Positions 49,875 to 62,200 of a stretch of 64,000 nucleotides of DNA are shown piece by piece. The translations under genes and the position numbers were made by a program. The notes beneath the pieces were generated by a model that was not told where the DNA came from, ran no database searches, and was given only the letters and a program-made list of their open reading frames with translations. The DNA lies in the NCBI GenBank assembly GCA_050084985.1, contig JBITNC010000002.1, forward strand, positions 32,054,001 to 32,118,000, written 5' to 3'. Source of the DNA: Nageia nagi (Eukaryota; Plantae; Pinophyta). How positions within the stretch are numbered: position 1 is the first letter of the stretch; the number at the start of each line of letters is the position of its first letter.

Positions 49875-52800
49875 CATAAAATAAAAAAACACCGTATATG
49901 CGCCAGAAATTCCATTTTTCTTGTCTTTGACAAATTTCTGTCTTGTCCCCAAAAAACGGAAAAATGACATTTTTTAAGACAAAAAACGGCCGTTTAAACA
50001 ACAAAAAAAGGGGAAAAAATGCCTTAAAAACATTGAAAAGAGGCGAAGTAGGGGTGAATTTTACAAGGGGCAAAAAACGCATTTTTTTCATCAAGAAACG
50101 TTGAACAAACGTGGAAGATGCCGAAAAGATGTGGGCCGGAAGACAACTTAAAACCCCTGCTGCACTCATCGTATTGGGCGTATTTCAGAGCAAAAAACGC
50201 TGCCTAAACGCCCAAAAGATGCGTATTTGACCCATAAAACGCGGGTCAACAGAACCAAAACGTTTGTGTTGGAGGAAAAAAACGTGTATTCGGTGTATTA
50301 GGTGAATAAATGTTGTTTAAACGGCAAAAATACGCAAAAAACGACGCACAAACGTGGGGCGGTTCTGCAGGATGGGATAAAGGGGAAAAAATTGTCTTTT
50401 CTCTTAATTTTTTTCATTGCAAACTTGAGAGAAAGAGAGAGGAGCTAGAGGGGAGCATTATTGAGGGAGGTTATCCAAATTTGGGATTGAGGCTTCTTCA
50501 TTTCCAAAATGCCAAAAGAGTTGGACAGAATTTGGCAATATGTGACTCCATTGGAGGGGGTTTGAGGCAGTTGTCAATATTTCAAGTGGAACCTATGTGA
50601 CAAGCCAATCTAGGTAACAATTACAAGGTTCAAAGGACATCTTTCTGGGAGACCAAGGAGTGATGTGGAGAGTTGCCCAAATGCAACTCCAGATCTTGCC
50701 TTAGACGCAATAAGAGCCTTGGATTCTATTGTTGAGAGAAAAGAGAGGAAACAAGCATTTCGAATGGAGCTAGGAGCGATGAACTCTTCTTCTGCAAGTG
50801 GAAATTTTTCGAGTCCAAGTGTAGGTGCAAGTGCAAGTAGACCTAGTGGAAGTGGAGGCCCTAGAGGGGTTGGAATCCATTCCTACTTTCAACCTCGGAC
50901 AACTCTTGGATCCCAACCATCCATTATCAGTATGTTGAAGAAGTAGGAAAAAAGAAGCTGATTTGATGTTGGCAAAATTGATCTATTATAAAGGAGTTCT
51001 GATCCACATTACTAGGAGTGTATTTTGGCAACCAATGATTGATGTAGTGGCTAACACTGGACCTGGGTATGTGGGGCCTACTCATGCAGAAATGCAAGGG
51101 TCTCTCATGAAGGATCTCAAGCAGGAAGTCCGTGAAAGGTACGTAAATTACTAAATAGTAGTATCAAATTTCAATAGATAATATGTATTACATTTTTTTA
51201 ATTACATTTTTTATTTAGTTGTTTTATAATTTATTTTAGTTTTGTTTTACTGTTTTTAGAATGGTTGATATTGAAGAATCTTGGAAGTTATCAAGTTGCA
51301 CAATATTATCCGATGGGTGGTCGGATAGTAAGAGTAGAAGCTTGATTAATTTTTTGGTATACTCCAAATATGGCACAATATTCAAGAAATCCATTTATGC
51401 ATCCCATAAGGCAAAAAATGCAAACTTGTTATGTGACTTATTGGATCAGTTTGTGAGGGAGGTGGTGTCGGAGCATGTTGTTCCGGTGTTCATAGACAAT
51501 GCTTCTAGTTATGTTGCAACAGGTACCAAGCTCATGAATATGTATCCCTCCTTTTATTGGACTCCATGTGCTTGTCATTACATTGATCTTCTTCTGGAGG
51601 ACATATAGGCAAAATGGCTTGGGTGAGAGAGGTAGTTGACCAAGCAAGGACAATCACAAGGCACATTTATCGTATCTTGTTTTATCTTATCATGTTTTTT
51701 TCTTATCTTATATTCTTAGTCTTACTAGACATATCTTGATTCTTAATTTCTTATCTTGTGTTACCAGGTATATTTATAATAAAATCACTGTTCTTAGCAT
51801 GATGAGGAGGTATACCAACTATAGGGACTTGTTGCGCCCAAGAGTTACACGTTTTGCCTCCAATTTCATCGGCCTTCAGTCGATATTTAGGAACATGCAT
51901 GAACTGTGTTCAATGTTTGTTTCTAGAGAGCAGAGTGACACAGCCATGAGCACGAGGCCAGAGGGCATGGCTATGTCTTTCTTGATATCCAAGGATGAAT
52001 TTTGGGTGATGCTCAAAGAGATTTGTAGTGTGACAACACCACTTGTATGAGTTCTTTGTTTGTTTGATAGTGATAGGCTCACTATGGGCTATATGTATGA
52101 GGCTATGGCTAGGGCCAAGGAGGCCATAATGCATTATTATATTGACCACCCTGATGAGGATAATGAGTTTGGTAACAAGCACATAGAGTAATGGGCTCTC
52201 ATTGATGAATGGTGGTGGAATATGTTGTATTGTCCTGTTCATGGAGTAGTGGCCATCTTGAACCCTATCTTGTATTTTGCACCAAACTCAAAATACAAGA
52301 CTGATACTCATGTTAACTTGGGGCTTACAAAATGTGTAGCTGGTATGGTTCAGGATCCCACCACTCAATCCAAAATCTTCAAGGAGCTTGAGTCATACAA
52401 GCACTCAAGAGGCCTCTTTGGGTATCGGTTTGCTAGAGAGGCATTTTCCACGATCGCTCCAGGTGAGAAAAATTCAAAGTTCATGCATTACTTTTAATTT
52501 TGAAGTTTATACATTTAGGCCTTTAAATATTTAATGTTTTCTTATTTGGTATTGTTACTTCATTTTTTAGAGTTGTGGTGGGCGAATTTTGGGGGTGAAA
52601 CACTTGAGCTGCAAAGATTTGCCATCCGCATCCTTAGTCAAACATCTAGCGCTTCAGGATGTGAGCGCAATTGGAGTGCATTTGAAAAATTTCACTCCAA
52701 GAAGTGCAACAGGTTAGTAATTTGATTCATTCCAATCGTGATTCCTTTCAACATTCAAAATTCAATGGAAATTTCTTACTTCTCACTCTCAATTCTCAAT

Positions 52801-54104
52801 TTCTCACTATCACAATTTTTTTTTTTATGTTAATAGGTTGACAACACAACACTTGAATGATATTGTGTACATTTATGTCAACCTATGATTGTATGTGAGG
52901 CAACTACAAAAGAAGGATGAGGATGAGCCCATTAACTTGACTACCTTTGATCCCTCATATAAGTTATCTTCTTTTTTACTCCCACGGTCCCACCTAGCAC
53001 CCCCTACATGTGATTTTTAAAATCTCTTGATAGGTCCTATAAAATTATATATGTTGACTTTTTTTTTGCTTTTTTGATAGTGATGCACCTCCAGTGTATG
53101 TAGTGGCAAATCTAGAGGAGTTACATGAAGCATTTTGAGAAGAATGGCTTGACATGGAGTAGGAGATAGATGAACTTGCGGATGAGGGCGAGGAGGAGGA
53201 GCATGCAGTAGATGAGGAGGGGGAGGAGAAGGAGCATCAACGTTTTGATCCATTTCCTTCTGTGGATATTGATCATGGTGTTGGACCTCACCAGGTTTAT
53301 GAGTGTCAGGTTTCTGTTTACTGAGACATTGAGAGTGAGCCTGACGATGATGAACCACTCGTTCAGTACCAGAGGCATAGGCAAAAGCCCCGCAAGAGTG
53401 TTGGTGGCGGTTCTAGTAGTTTAGGATTGCCTCCTTATAGTGCTACTACCCCTACGAGACCACCTTCTTAGTCTCCTAATACACCTATTAGTGGAGCACG
53501 TGGTAGTAGTGGCAGCCGATTAACTAGTAAAAGGGCTAGAGCCCTTGATCGTACATATTGATGAGTCCCCAAGGCCTACACATGGAGTCATGACTCATGA
53601 GACATTGTATTTAGTTATTTAGTATTATTTATACTTATTTGGTGCTTGACATGTACAAGAATTATGAGTGTATTGGACAGTACTAGTAGTAGTACATTTT
53701 TGTAGATGTCTTTTATTTTCATATATCGATGATATGATTTATGAATTTGTTGGTAGATGATATGATCATTTATGTGAATGATTTAATCATTTATGGCAAT
53801 TAGATAAGCATATTGTATAGAAAAAGTTAAAAAAATTGCATATTTTTTAATTTTTCAATGCATCACGTTTTTTCCCCGAATTTTCTATTTTTTACTTGTC
53901 TTTTGTCCGTTTATTTGCTGAATTTTCTATTTTTTTGTCACATATTTTTCTTGTATTTTCTATTTTTTCCCCGTTTTTTCCGTATTTACGAATTTTTAGA
54001 GCAACAAATTTTTGCCGTATTCAATGCATTTTGACCGTTTAATGGCCATTTTTCCGTATTTGGCCCTGGGCCGTATTTTCAAAAAACTGACTTTTTATTC
54101 TATG
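49875..54104 (+). mobile_element. Full-length decayed hAT DNA transposon
   Basis: TIRs cataaaataaaaa / tttttattctatg (12/13 match); 8-bp TSD ggaggcac / gaaggcac; subterminal AAAAACG/CCGTATTT repeats; transposase inside. Confidence 0.95.
50510..52960 (+). pseudogene. Intron-containing hAT transposase (BED-finger remnant, DUF659-type core, hAT dimerisation domain) with stops and frameshifts
   Basis: CTILSDGWSDSKSRSLINFL, DNASSY, WTPCACHYIDLLLEDI, TRFASNF, WWANFG..LQRFAIRILSQTSSASGCERNWSAF. Confidence 0.93.
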
Positions 54105-55732
54105 GAAGGCACAATACACCCATGGATTGATGTCTACGAGGATGAATGATGATCATGAAGATGTTTTTATGTAAAAGAGGCTTTGCAGATGACTTAGCCT
54201 CATCAATACCTTATGAAACTAACATCTTATAATGGATCACAAGCTAGTCGAGAGTTTAAATTCTTTCAAGATATGCCCAATTTCCATACCTCAACTTGGG
54301 CCCTTAGAACCATAAAGTGTAGGTTTCGCAATACAATCATAGAGATGCATCCCACTAGGAATGTTGTGAAAATAAATATGGAAAATTTTGATGTTCCGAA
54401 GTATAAATGTCATGTGGGCATGTACATTGCAAAGAAGATGTATCCCAATAGGAATCTCATGGAAATATTTGATGTTCAAAAGTAGAAAGGAAAGCATGTT
54501 CCTTGCAAACAATCTTGGGTTTGCAACGGTCTTCAAATTGAGGCAGTAACCATAAACTTAAAAAGAACGAGTAATTTTTTTTTAGCATAGAGTCCAAATT
54601 TAGAAATTTAACAGTGTGAAATTGGCAACTACGAAGGACATTGTCTCTTGAAAAGTAAATGTGCTTGGAACCTATTTCTTGGTAACCTCAAAATTAATAT
54701 CTTTAAAAATAACTATCAAATTTCTTCTAGATTATAAATTAGAAATCCTTGATTGATTATTTAAAAGTATGTGATAGTTAGTTTTCATATTTATTGAAAG
54801 TTTGTTCAAACAGAATAAAATTAATCTAAGAAATGTAAAGCATAGTAAGTCGTCGAAAATGAATGTTACGTATGTAGGAGAAATTTCCTATTTTTCTTAT
54901 GGTATATTACATTGTAGCATCCACTTACCTCATGTGTGAGTTAAGGCCTTCACTATGGAAATTACCCACTTTACGAATTCACTTTTTGTGGGTGGGTTGT
55001 AGTTGATTTCTAGTATTCAAATACTACAAATAAATAATATTCACATCCACATTGATATCAACATCAATCAAATGTGTTCATGCTCTAGTATAATATCATT
55101 CATGGGTTGTTTATTCCTTTAGTATACACTGAATAAAATGGTGATCTTTTAACTATTATCCAAGATTACACAAGTATTGGGTGTGGGGTTACGGGGAAAC
55201 ACATTTCCAGGGACAGTAGGAGATGAGGTCCCAATTTTACAGGATGACTTGGAAATGGCAAGGGGATGGCAAGTATATTACCAATTTACTAATAAACATT
55301 CTAGAAGTTCTCAGAATTATGAAAAATACATATAATTTCTGTTATGCTTAAGATTCTATTGTATGCAATGGTCTTTATATACATTGCTAGATCTTTTATT
55401 TGAAAAATCAGATCATGGACATAGAAAATTTGCTCATCGATGTATCTTGTTGGACATAAAAATGAGAAGCTTGTTGGACATTGATTGGCCGAAATAATTT
55501 CAAGTTTCAACATGTCATGCACTGCACTCGCACACAAAGAATGGTAGTTTCTACAAGGTTGATACAATTGCATCACTTTATGCTTCTGCTCTTGTTTATA
55601 CAAGAGTCCTCTTTATAGTTTATACAACTTATATTAATATCATCCCCATGCGAAAAATGAGATTTATTTCCTCATATGCAAGATATGAGTGATTAAACCA
55701 AATTTATTTGAGGCAATTGTGAATATGTGCAG

Positions 55733-55823
55733 GACGCTGACCAACTATTGGAGAAAAGAGTGAGATCACGTTTTTCACACAGGAAACTCTTATTTTATCC
55801 CCATCAACTGAAGATCTGCAGAG
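55733..55823 (+). CDS. ORC4: ORC4 exon 9 (DADQLLEKRVRSRFSHRKLLF..; apparent -1 frameshift at 55793-55796)
   Basis: tgcag| acceptor, AG|gtaag donor. The exon is 91 nt where 92 nt is needed. Adding one T gives KLLFLSPSTEDLQR. Confidence 0.93.
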
Positions 55824-55915
55824 GTAAGATTGTTATCATCAATTTGTAATATTGTTTTGAGAAAAGATGCATAAAATGTGAATGATTTCTGCTAATCAAT
55901 GTTCCTGTTTTGCAG

Positions 55916-56000
55916 GCTCTTGGAGCATGCACTTTTTTTACCCTCTGATTCAAGTTTTCCTCATCTTGATTTTGCAGTGAAGTTCAATGCATGCCTGAAA
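55916..56000 (+). CDS. ORC4: ORC4 exon 10 (RLLEHALFLPSDSSFPHLDFAVKFNACLK)
   Basis: ttgcag| acceptor; donor |gtatccat. Confidence 0.92.
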
Positions 56001-58044
56001 GTATCCATATCAATTGATCTTATGGACAAAAGAAAATGTATTTTGAACCATGCAATGGTGTATTTTGTACAGGAATTAAGAAAATTGATGAGCACACATT
56101 AACATCAAACCATATTTCGCAGCCTGTTAGTCACTATTGAAATTTGAAACCAAGCATCTAATTTATTTTGGGTCATAAACAGAGGTTGTCCATGGGTCCC
56201 TCGCCCAAATATTTTCTTAAATAGAAGCGAAATCTCTCATAGATGAGAACCTTGAGACTGCCAAAAAGAATAATGCAAGATCTAAGCAAGCTTGGGTGTT
56301 CTTTTACAGGATTATCAGTTATGAAATTTGCTATAAGTTTATCAACAACTTTACAATTTATTAAAGTAAATAATATGAGGTCTCCAATTGTTTCTTCATG
56401 TATTGAATCTGATTTTGCATGTTTTAACCACATTGAAGCCAAATAGATTAACAGTCATAAAAAAAACAGAACAGATCTCGATCCCTTTCCATGCCATGCT
56501 TTACAAATCACTCATCAAGTCCATGCTCCTCCGCTCCTTGAGAACTAAAACCAGTGATTAGAAAGACAAGCAAAACTCGTTCCAAATTAGAAACTATCCA
56601 CAACAACCCATTTTATTCATAGCACGACCCAAAGGTCTAGAGCATACAATACTAGGAAGAATTGTAGAAAGGTTCATGACAAACACAAGGAGGAAGGAGG
56701 GGTTGGATTAGAGCCCTTGTGCACCCAGGGGAACAACCATTATGCATCAATCTTTATCCGATAATAGTACCTTCTCCATTCCCACATTCATTAACTATTC
56801 CAGACTCTGCTAGTTACTGGAGAACACAGTTTGAGTTTGCAAGATCAGAAAGGAGTCTTCTGAAGGAGTCTTGAGAGTATGTGAATCAAGTCCTAAACAT
56901 GCATCACTTGAGGCATACTTTGAGCTATGATATTTGATCGCTGCACATAATATCTGAATCTGAATAATGATTCTTGATTGTAGCATATAGGCAGTTGCTC
57001 AAGCAAATGCTGCATGTGGTTCATTTCATGGCTACTCATTTGGATATGCAAAGAGGGACCTTTATATTTGACCAGGGTCCTAAATGGACTCAATGGATTC
57101 CCTTACTGTCTCGATTTCCCTTGATTCCCAAGGGCTCTTCTTGATTAAATTAAACTTCCTTGTTCCAGATCCTTTTCTCTTAGGTTCTCTATGCTTTAGG
57201 TTTTTCTTAGTTTCTGTCTATTTGTTTTGGGCTTTGCTGGCACCATGTGCATGATTGTACTTGACAGTCCCATTGACCTCTTTTGGCCATCTGTGAACAT
57301 TAATAAACTTTCTTTCTGTTAACCATTTCTTCCAAAAAGTTGTCCAAGTACTCTTAAGGCTTCATCCCCCGAACTCCTCTACCTTCCAGTAGAAATATTG
57401 GGCTAGTAGCAGCATGAGTTGCATCCAATGCATGCAGCAATCCATCAATCTCTAGCTTCAATGATGATTCTTCCATCCTTTCCTCCATCACCCGCTTCCC
57501 ATTCTTGTCTTTTTTCTCCTCCATGCCTGCACTGGCAGCTTCATGAAGGGAAATGAGATATTTAAAACACCATTCAGGGTGTCATCTACAGCTTCTTAAA
57601 TACGCTAAATCTCACATGTTTGAGGGGTGAGATTGGACGTGAGAATCATATAGGCTGCAGCGGCCACCACTCCACTCAAGGCCTACTTCAATAGCGAAGC
57701 ATCCACTACCTTCTAGAATGAAGGCTCATCTTGCCATGCACCAAAATGATCAAATTAGACACATAATATTTTGCTTTAAAAAAACATATTGCAAAGTGTT
57801 AAACAAAATTCCATGTTGTTTTATGATGTAATTTGTTCAATGTTTGCTAATTTAAAGGACAACCATAGTCAACACTGACAATAAGAATTCAAATGCAGGT
57901 GCAAAGTTAACCGTTTAAAATTTTAGAAATTACAGTATAGCTTCCTTGTTCTCTCTCTCATGTTTTTTAAGTAGCTTGATATTCCTGATAAATATGATAT
58001 TGTATATGTAATCAATTCAAGAGAAGGACCTTGACCAGTGGAAG
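56001..58044 (+). other. Probable U12-type (minor spliceosome) GT-AG intron of ORC4
   Basis: 5' site GTATCCAT; branch motif CCTTGAC at 58029-58035 with its A 10 nt before the 3' end; no polypyrimidine tract. Confidence 0.75.
56160..57740 (-). mobile_element. Possible decayed LINE 5' region / ORF1 remnant
   Basis: CIILFGSL..KYLGEGPMDNLCL weakly resembles the DUF4283 GPW motif of plant L1 ORF1. The block differs in composition from the flanking intron. Confidence 0.35.
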
Positions 58045-58130
58045 GATATCATAGAGAATAGAAGTTTCAAGGATGTTTTAAACCAAGTAGTGAATGTGGA
58101 TCTTACTGTAAGGCGGCTGCTGGATTTTGT
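58045..58130 (+). CDS. ORC4: ORC4 exon 11 (DIIENRSFKDVLNQVVNVDLTVRRLLDF)
   Basis: gaag| acceptor after the U12 branch motif; GT|gtaggt donor, phase 2. Confidence 0.88.
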
Positions 58131-58256
58131 GTAGGTATCCCTGCTCTACCTTCGGAACTGTCTCCATGCTTTTGATGAAGCATATATTTTGGTTATAATT
58201 CTTTAATTTTGTTTCAACTTTTCATCACTACCATTTGTTTTGTTCCTTGTTTCCAG

Positions 58257-58366
58257 ATTTCGTGCTGTTTGTGATTTGGACTATGAATCCGGGTTGCTTT
58301 CTTTGGGAAATTTCAGGACTGCATTGTCATCAATTCAACGTCAACCTAAGCTGGAATCTTTACGAG
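58257..58366 (+). CDS. ORC4: ORC4 exon 12 (VFRAVCDLDYESGLLSLGNFRTALSSIQRQPKLESLR)
   Basis: ttccag| acceptor, G|gtgagg donor; ESGLLSL.NF..ALSS.QRQPKLE is conserved in plant ORC4. Confidence 0.95.
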
Positions 58367-58541
58367 GTGAGGGATAGAAATTATAAGGGCGACATTATGA
58401 AGAAATTGCAAACTGTTGTTTTTATAGCACAAGTTTTAGGGGACAAAGCTTATGTTGGGGGCAAGAAAATTTCAAAGGATTGGTCTGTAAGTGATTGGTC
58501 ATGTGAGAGCATGTAGAGTTTGATGCCTTCAGTTCAATCCA

Positions 58542-59232
58542 TGTCATGTGCCTTTTCTTAACCTATGCCTTTTTCCTATTATCACCTGTCACCACAGGTT
58601 TTGGATTGTTGATTCATCTATTGGTTTGGATAGAGCATCTTGTGCCAAATGTTTGGATAGGTTACATGATGGGGTTTCATCAAGAAACGAAGGAGATATT
58701 GCACTTTGAAGTTCATGTCCTGGTCTAGTATTATATAGTCACACGCGCACAGGAATTTACTATATTCTCCCATTTAATGGGATTGCTCTATGTTATGCCC
58801 CTCTCCTAGGGATATGAGTTAGTAATTGATTGTATGTAGAAGGGATCTATGTAATTAGAAGTCATTATGTACCATTTAATAATAATGAATTATAATGATG
58901 TATTAGTGAGATCTTGGGATAGGAGATTTATAGGTCCAAGGGACCAATTGTGAGCCCCAATGTGGGACATCTCCCTCCTAGAGATAGTTAGGAGTGCTTA
59001 TTAGCATTATAGATGATTGTGGTGACTACAAGGAGTGATTATGTGGATCTCAAGGTAAATCTATGCTCCTATGGATTAGACGCTTAGCCTTGCATGATTC
59101 CTAGGTGAGACCTAGACCTAGGATGAAGCTATATAAAGGAGGAACACATCATTGTAAAGGATATTCAGTTTCTTCATTTATCTTATACTCTTCTAGTTCG
59201 GAGCGTGGTGTGGAGCCATCTCTTGGGCCTTT
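58542..59232 (+). mobile_element. Gypsy-type LTR (family H), interrupted by family G copy 3
   Basis: Starts tgtcatgtgcc; has ctatataaagg TATA at ~59130; homologous to 5407-5712 and partly to the C/E and F LTRs. Confidence 0.75.
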
Positions 59233-62200
59233 TGTTGGACAAAAACTAGCAAGGGAAGGGTTTAGTGGGATGGAACCTGGTGGTATGGATTTCTTTCCTA
59301 CCTTGTAGGGCCGCAATGGAGGCAGGCTTAGCAAAAGAGAAAAAAGCCGAATCAACATATATACGTGAGATAGCGTTACCTATCTCTGCACTAAGGGATT
59401 GACCACCCTTTAGGGCTACCCTACAGGGTTATGTGGCTTCGAACCTCTAGGCATGGAATTACTAGAGACCCATCATGCCTCTGGATGATATGAAATAGTA
59501 GGTTAATCAACTCAATAGAGCAGGTGATAGGCATATTAACTCAAAAATTAATACGGACCTATTCAAGGCTTGTGTCAACGAAAGTTGTAGGGGTTTGTTA
59601 AAAAAAGGAAAACAAATAAAAGAGAAAAAAGCTGAGAATAGAAAAAACTCAAAGTGACTCAGTGCAAATGAGGACAACCCGTCGGTATTGTAGGGTTTGG
59701 AAGATCTAGGATCCGCGTTTGGCGGGAATCTTTATGCAACTATCAAATTAAAGAGGTACACGGTGAGAATGCCCAAAGTAGAACTTTAAATGAGCAGGAA
59801 GCAGAGCGGGGTGAGACAATGCCAAATACATTTAACTTTCAATCGACGATCAACATGCTGCATGTAAAGTTCCTCATAAATGTCATAGAAGTAGATATTT
59901 CCCAAAATGCAACACCTAACATGCAAGTGTGGAATCGATAGTTACTTAATCACTTGAAAAGATAATCGTTCTTCTTTCCTTAAAACTCAAGTTTTTCAAA
60001 GAAAATGCTCACAAGTGAACAAGCAACTATTAAAAATATCAAATAAGATATTCCACACCCCACTAAACAAATAGCAATCACAACATCAATATATAATCAC
60101 ATCTCATGAACAAACACCAAAGGCCAAATGTTCACGGGCAAGCTTTTCTCAATTCCATTATGAAAATAAAGTGACCCTTCGAGGGGTACTTATACATTTG
60201 AGTTTGACAATTGTTGCCCTAATCTAACAACCAACATTAAATGTAAGCAACTGACGCAACTTGACAAAATATTAGAAATGCTCTTTTGAAATATCTGAAG
60301 GGTCAAGTTCTAACAACAATGTTTGACACAACTAACAAACAAAATGCCCCTTTAACAACCGAATTACCAACCTTATTTATTACTCCTTTGACAGCCTAAT
60401 ACTGCGAAAGTACTGACTATAGCTTAATACGACAAAATATATTGACTTCATTGACTTTGAATTTGTGGGAGCTCAACTCATCCTCACGGTTCAAGTCTTA
60501 CAACACCATCAACAACAACAAAGTAAAAACAACAAGTATGCATTTTTCCAAAGACGTCATCACGGGTTGTCTTTCCGTAGCTACTCCCATTCAGCATCAG
60601 AAATGCCAAAATTCCGGTAATCGTAGTTGAAGAAGGCGACTCTCCTGGGTAATTATGTTTGTAGGATCTTTTCAATCAGGTTTATCTTGTCAGAGTAGTC
60701 TTCAATCAATCCGCAAATTTCCATCATCTGACAATCCCAAGCATATACTGTCCGATCATTATCAATTAAGGTGCTGGGTATAATCAGCTTCACATCTTTA
60801 AGTCGGAGAAGTTCATCTAGCAAGTTCTTTGTTTCTAAGACAACATCATCTATATTCCTGACATACCTGTCTTCTTAAATGAACTGTATCGCAACCTTGA
60901 ATCCATCCATACGCTGTCTGACTTCTACCTCCAACTCAACTCTCATTCTAGCTAAATATTCATATTTGCTCGAGGCACCTTATAACCAATCATGATGAAC
61001 ATAGAAGTCGGCGGCATAAGACACTCTTTCCTTCTTCTAAGGATACTGACACTTCTTGTTCCATTTTTTGAATCATCGGCAAGTTCTTATCAACTTTCTC
61101 CAAAATTTCAGCAATTTTTGGCTTTAATGTAATTATTGTCTTTTGGCGATTCAGGAAGGAAGAATAATCTATCCCAAGCTTACAGACAGTCTTGAGAACT
61201 GTGTCTATTAGCTCTTCTCTTTTGCGATTGATTGCCATAGTCTAGGTAGCTAACAATTTGATGTCTTCTGTGCTCATTTTTGCTGCCTCTATTTCTTTCA
61301 CAATTTTATTTGTTTGGGCCAACTGCTTCTTCAGATCCTTAAGTTCTTGTTCTCTTTTCATACCCGTTTGTTCAATGGAAGAAGCTGTAGTATGGAGGAC
61401 GTGCTTGTAACCTTGCCAACCAACTTTAGCTTTTATACCCATGGTTTCAACAGTCACATTCTTTGGACCTTTGGGATGCTTCTTTTTTGAGAATATTCTG
61501 TCTATGGTCAGCCCATCTTCCCTCATGGTGGGAAAATATTCCATTCCATACTCTGCTTCTTCGCCTTCTGTTTCAGTTTCTTCCGCTGCATCCTTATGAG
61601 ATTCTTACATCTTTGCCATATAGGCATTCATATTAAAATTCCAATCTCGTTGCTCATTTGCTGGAATCCTTCGGATTGTAGGAGTTTGCATCTCAATTTT
61701 CGTAATTTTTGCTATTTCTAATGCTTCTTGAGGTACAACCATCAATTGTCCTGAATGTACCATCGATGGCTTAACCTATTCCTGAATTTCAGGTTGCTGC
61801 ATAATCTTCTTTCCTAATTCCTTTGAATGTTCTAATGCTTTCCTCCTTTTCCTCTGCTCTTCACTTTCTTCACCTTCATCATCCCCATCCCCGTCATCTA
61901 CTGTTGTTCCAGACTTCTTGCTTTGAGGAGTATGTCTTTTATGATGTGATCTCTTACTTTCCTTCTGTTCTTTATGTTGGGAGGAGGAATTCTTCTCTTT
62001 GTGGGAACGGGTAGAAGAGGAAGGAGCATCCATAGGGGGTGATGTTACTGAATCTTGGACTTCTTCTTCATAAACTTCTTCAATGATAATCTCTTCATCA
62101 TCTGAAGAGGATTGGTACAATTGATTGAGGATCTCTAAGGCAAAGGGAGTGCCTTGAATTGTCTGATTCTCCATTCTCTCGGGAGGGGAATTGTCATTGC

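Larger units (their letters stand above)
9217..58366 (+). other. ORC4: ORC4 gene span (12 coding exons in the window; 3' end outside)
   Basis: The spliced translation is collinear with plant ORC4 as I recall it: RLCD..NYSKL..CNNSVLLLGPRGCGK (Walker A), VRLNGLLHSDD, EIAKQLCLEH, ASFDEN, VFILDEFDLF (Walker B), GKQRLLY, DADQLLEKRVRSRFSHRK, QRQPKLE. All introns are GT-AG and phases are consistent except at exon 9. Confidence 0.97.

Noticed and set aside
58036-58044. Alternative acceptor CAG at 58038 (adds WK in frame)
   Set aside because: It is only 4 nt from the branch A, and the protein aligns without the two extra residues.
58135-58142. Second U12-like donor GTATCCCT in intron 11
   Set aside because: Using it would put an in-frame TAG in exon 11. 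The donor at 58131 keeps frame, and the acceptor has a normal pyrimidine tract.
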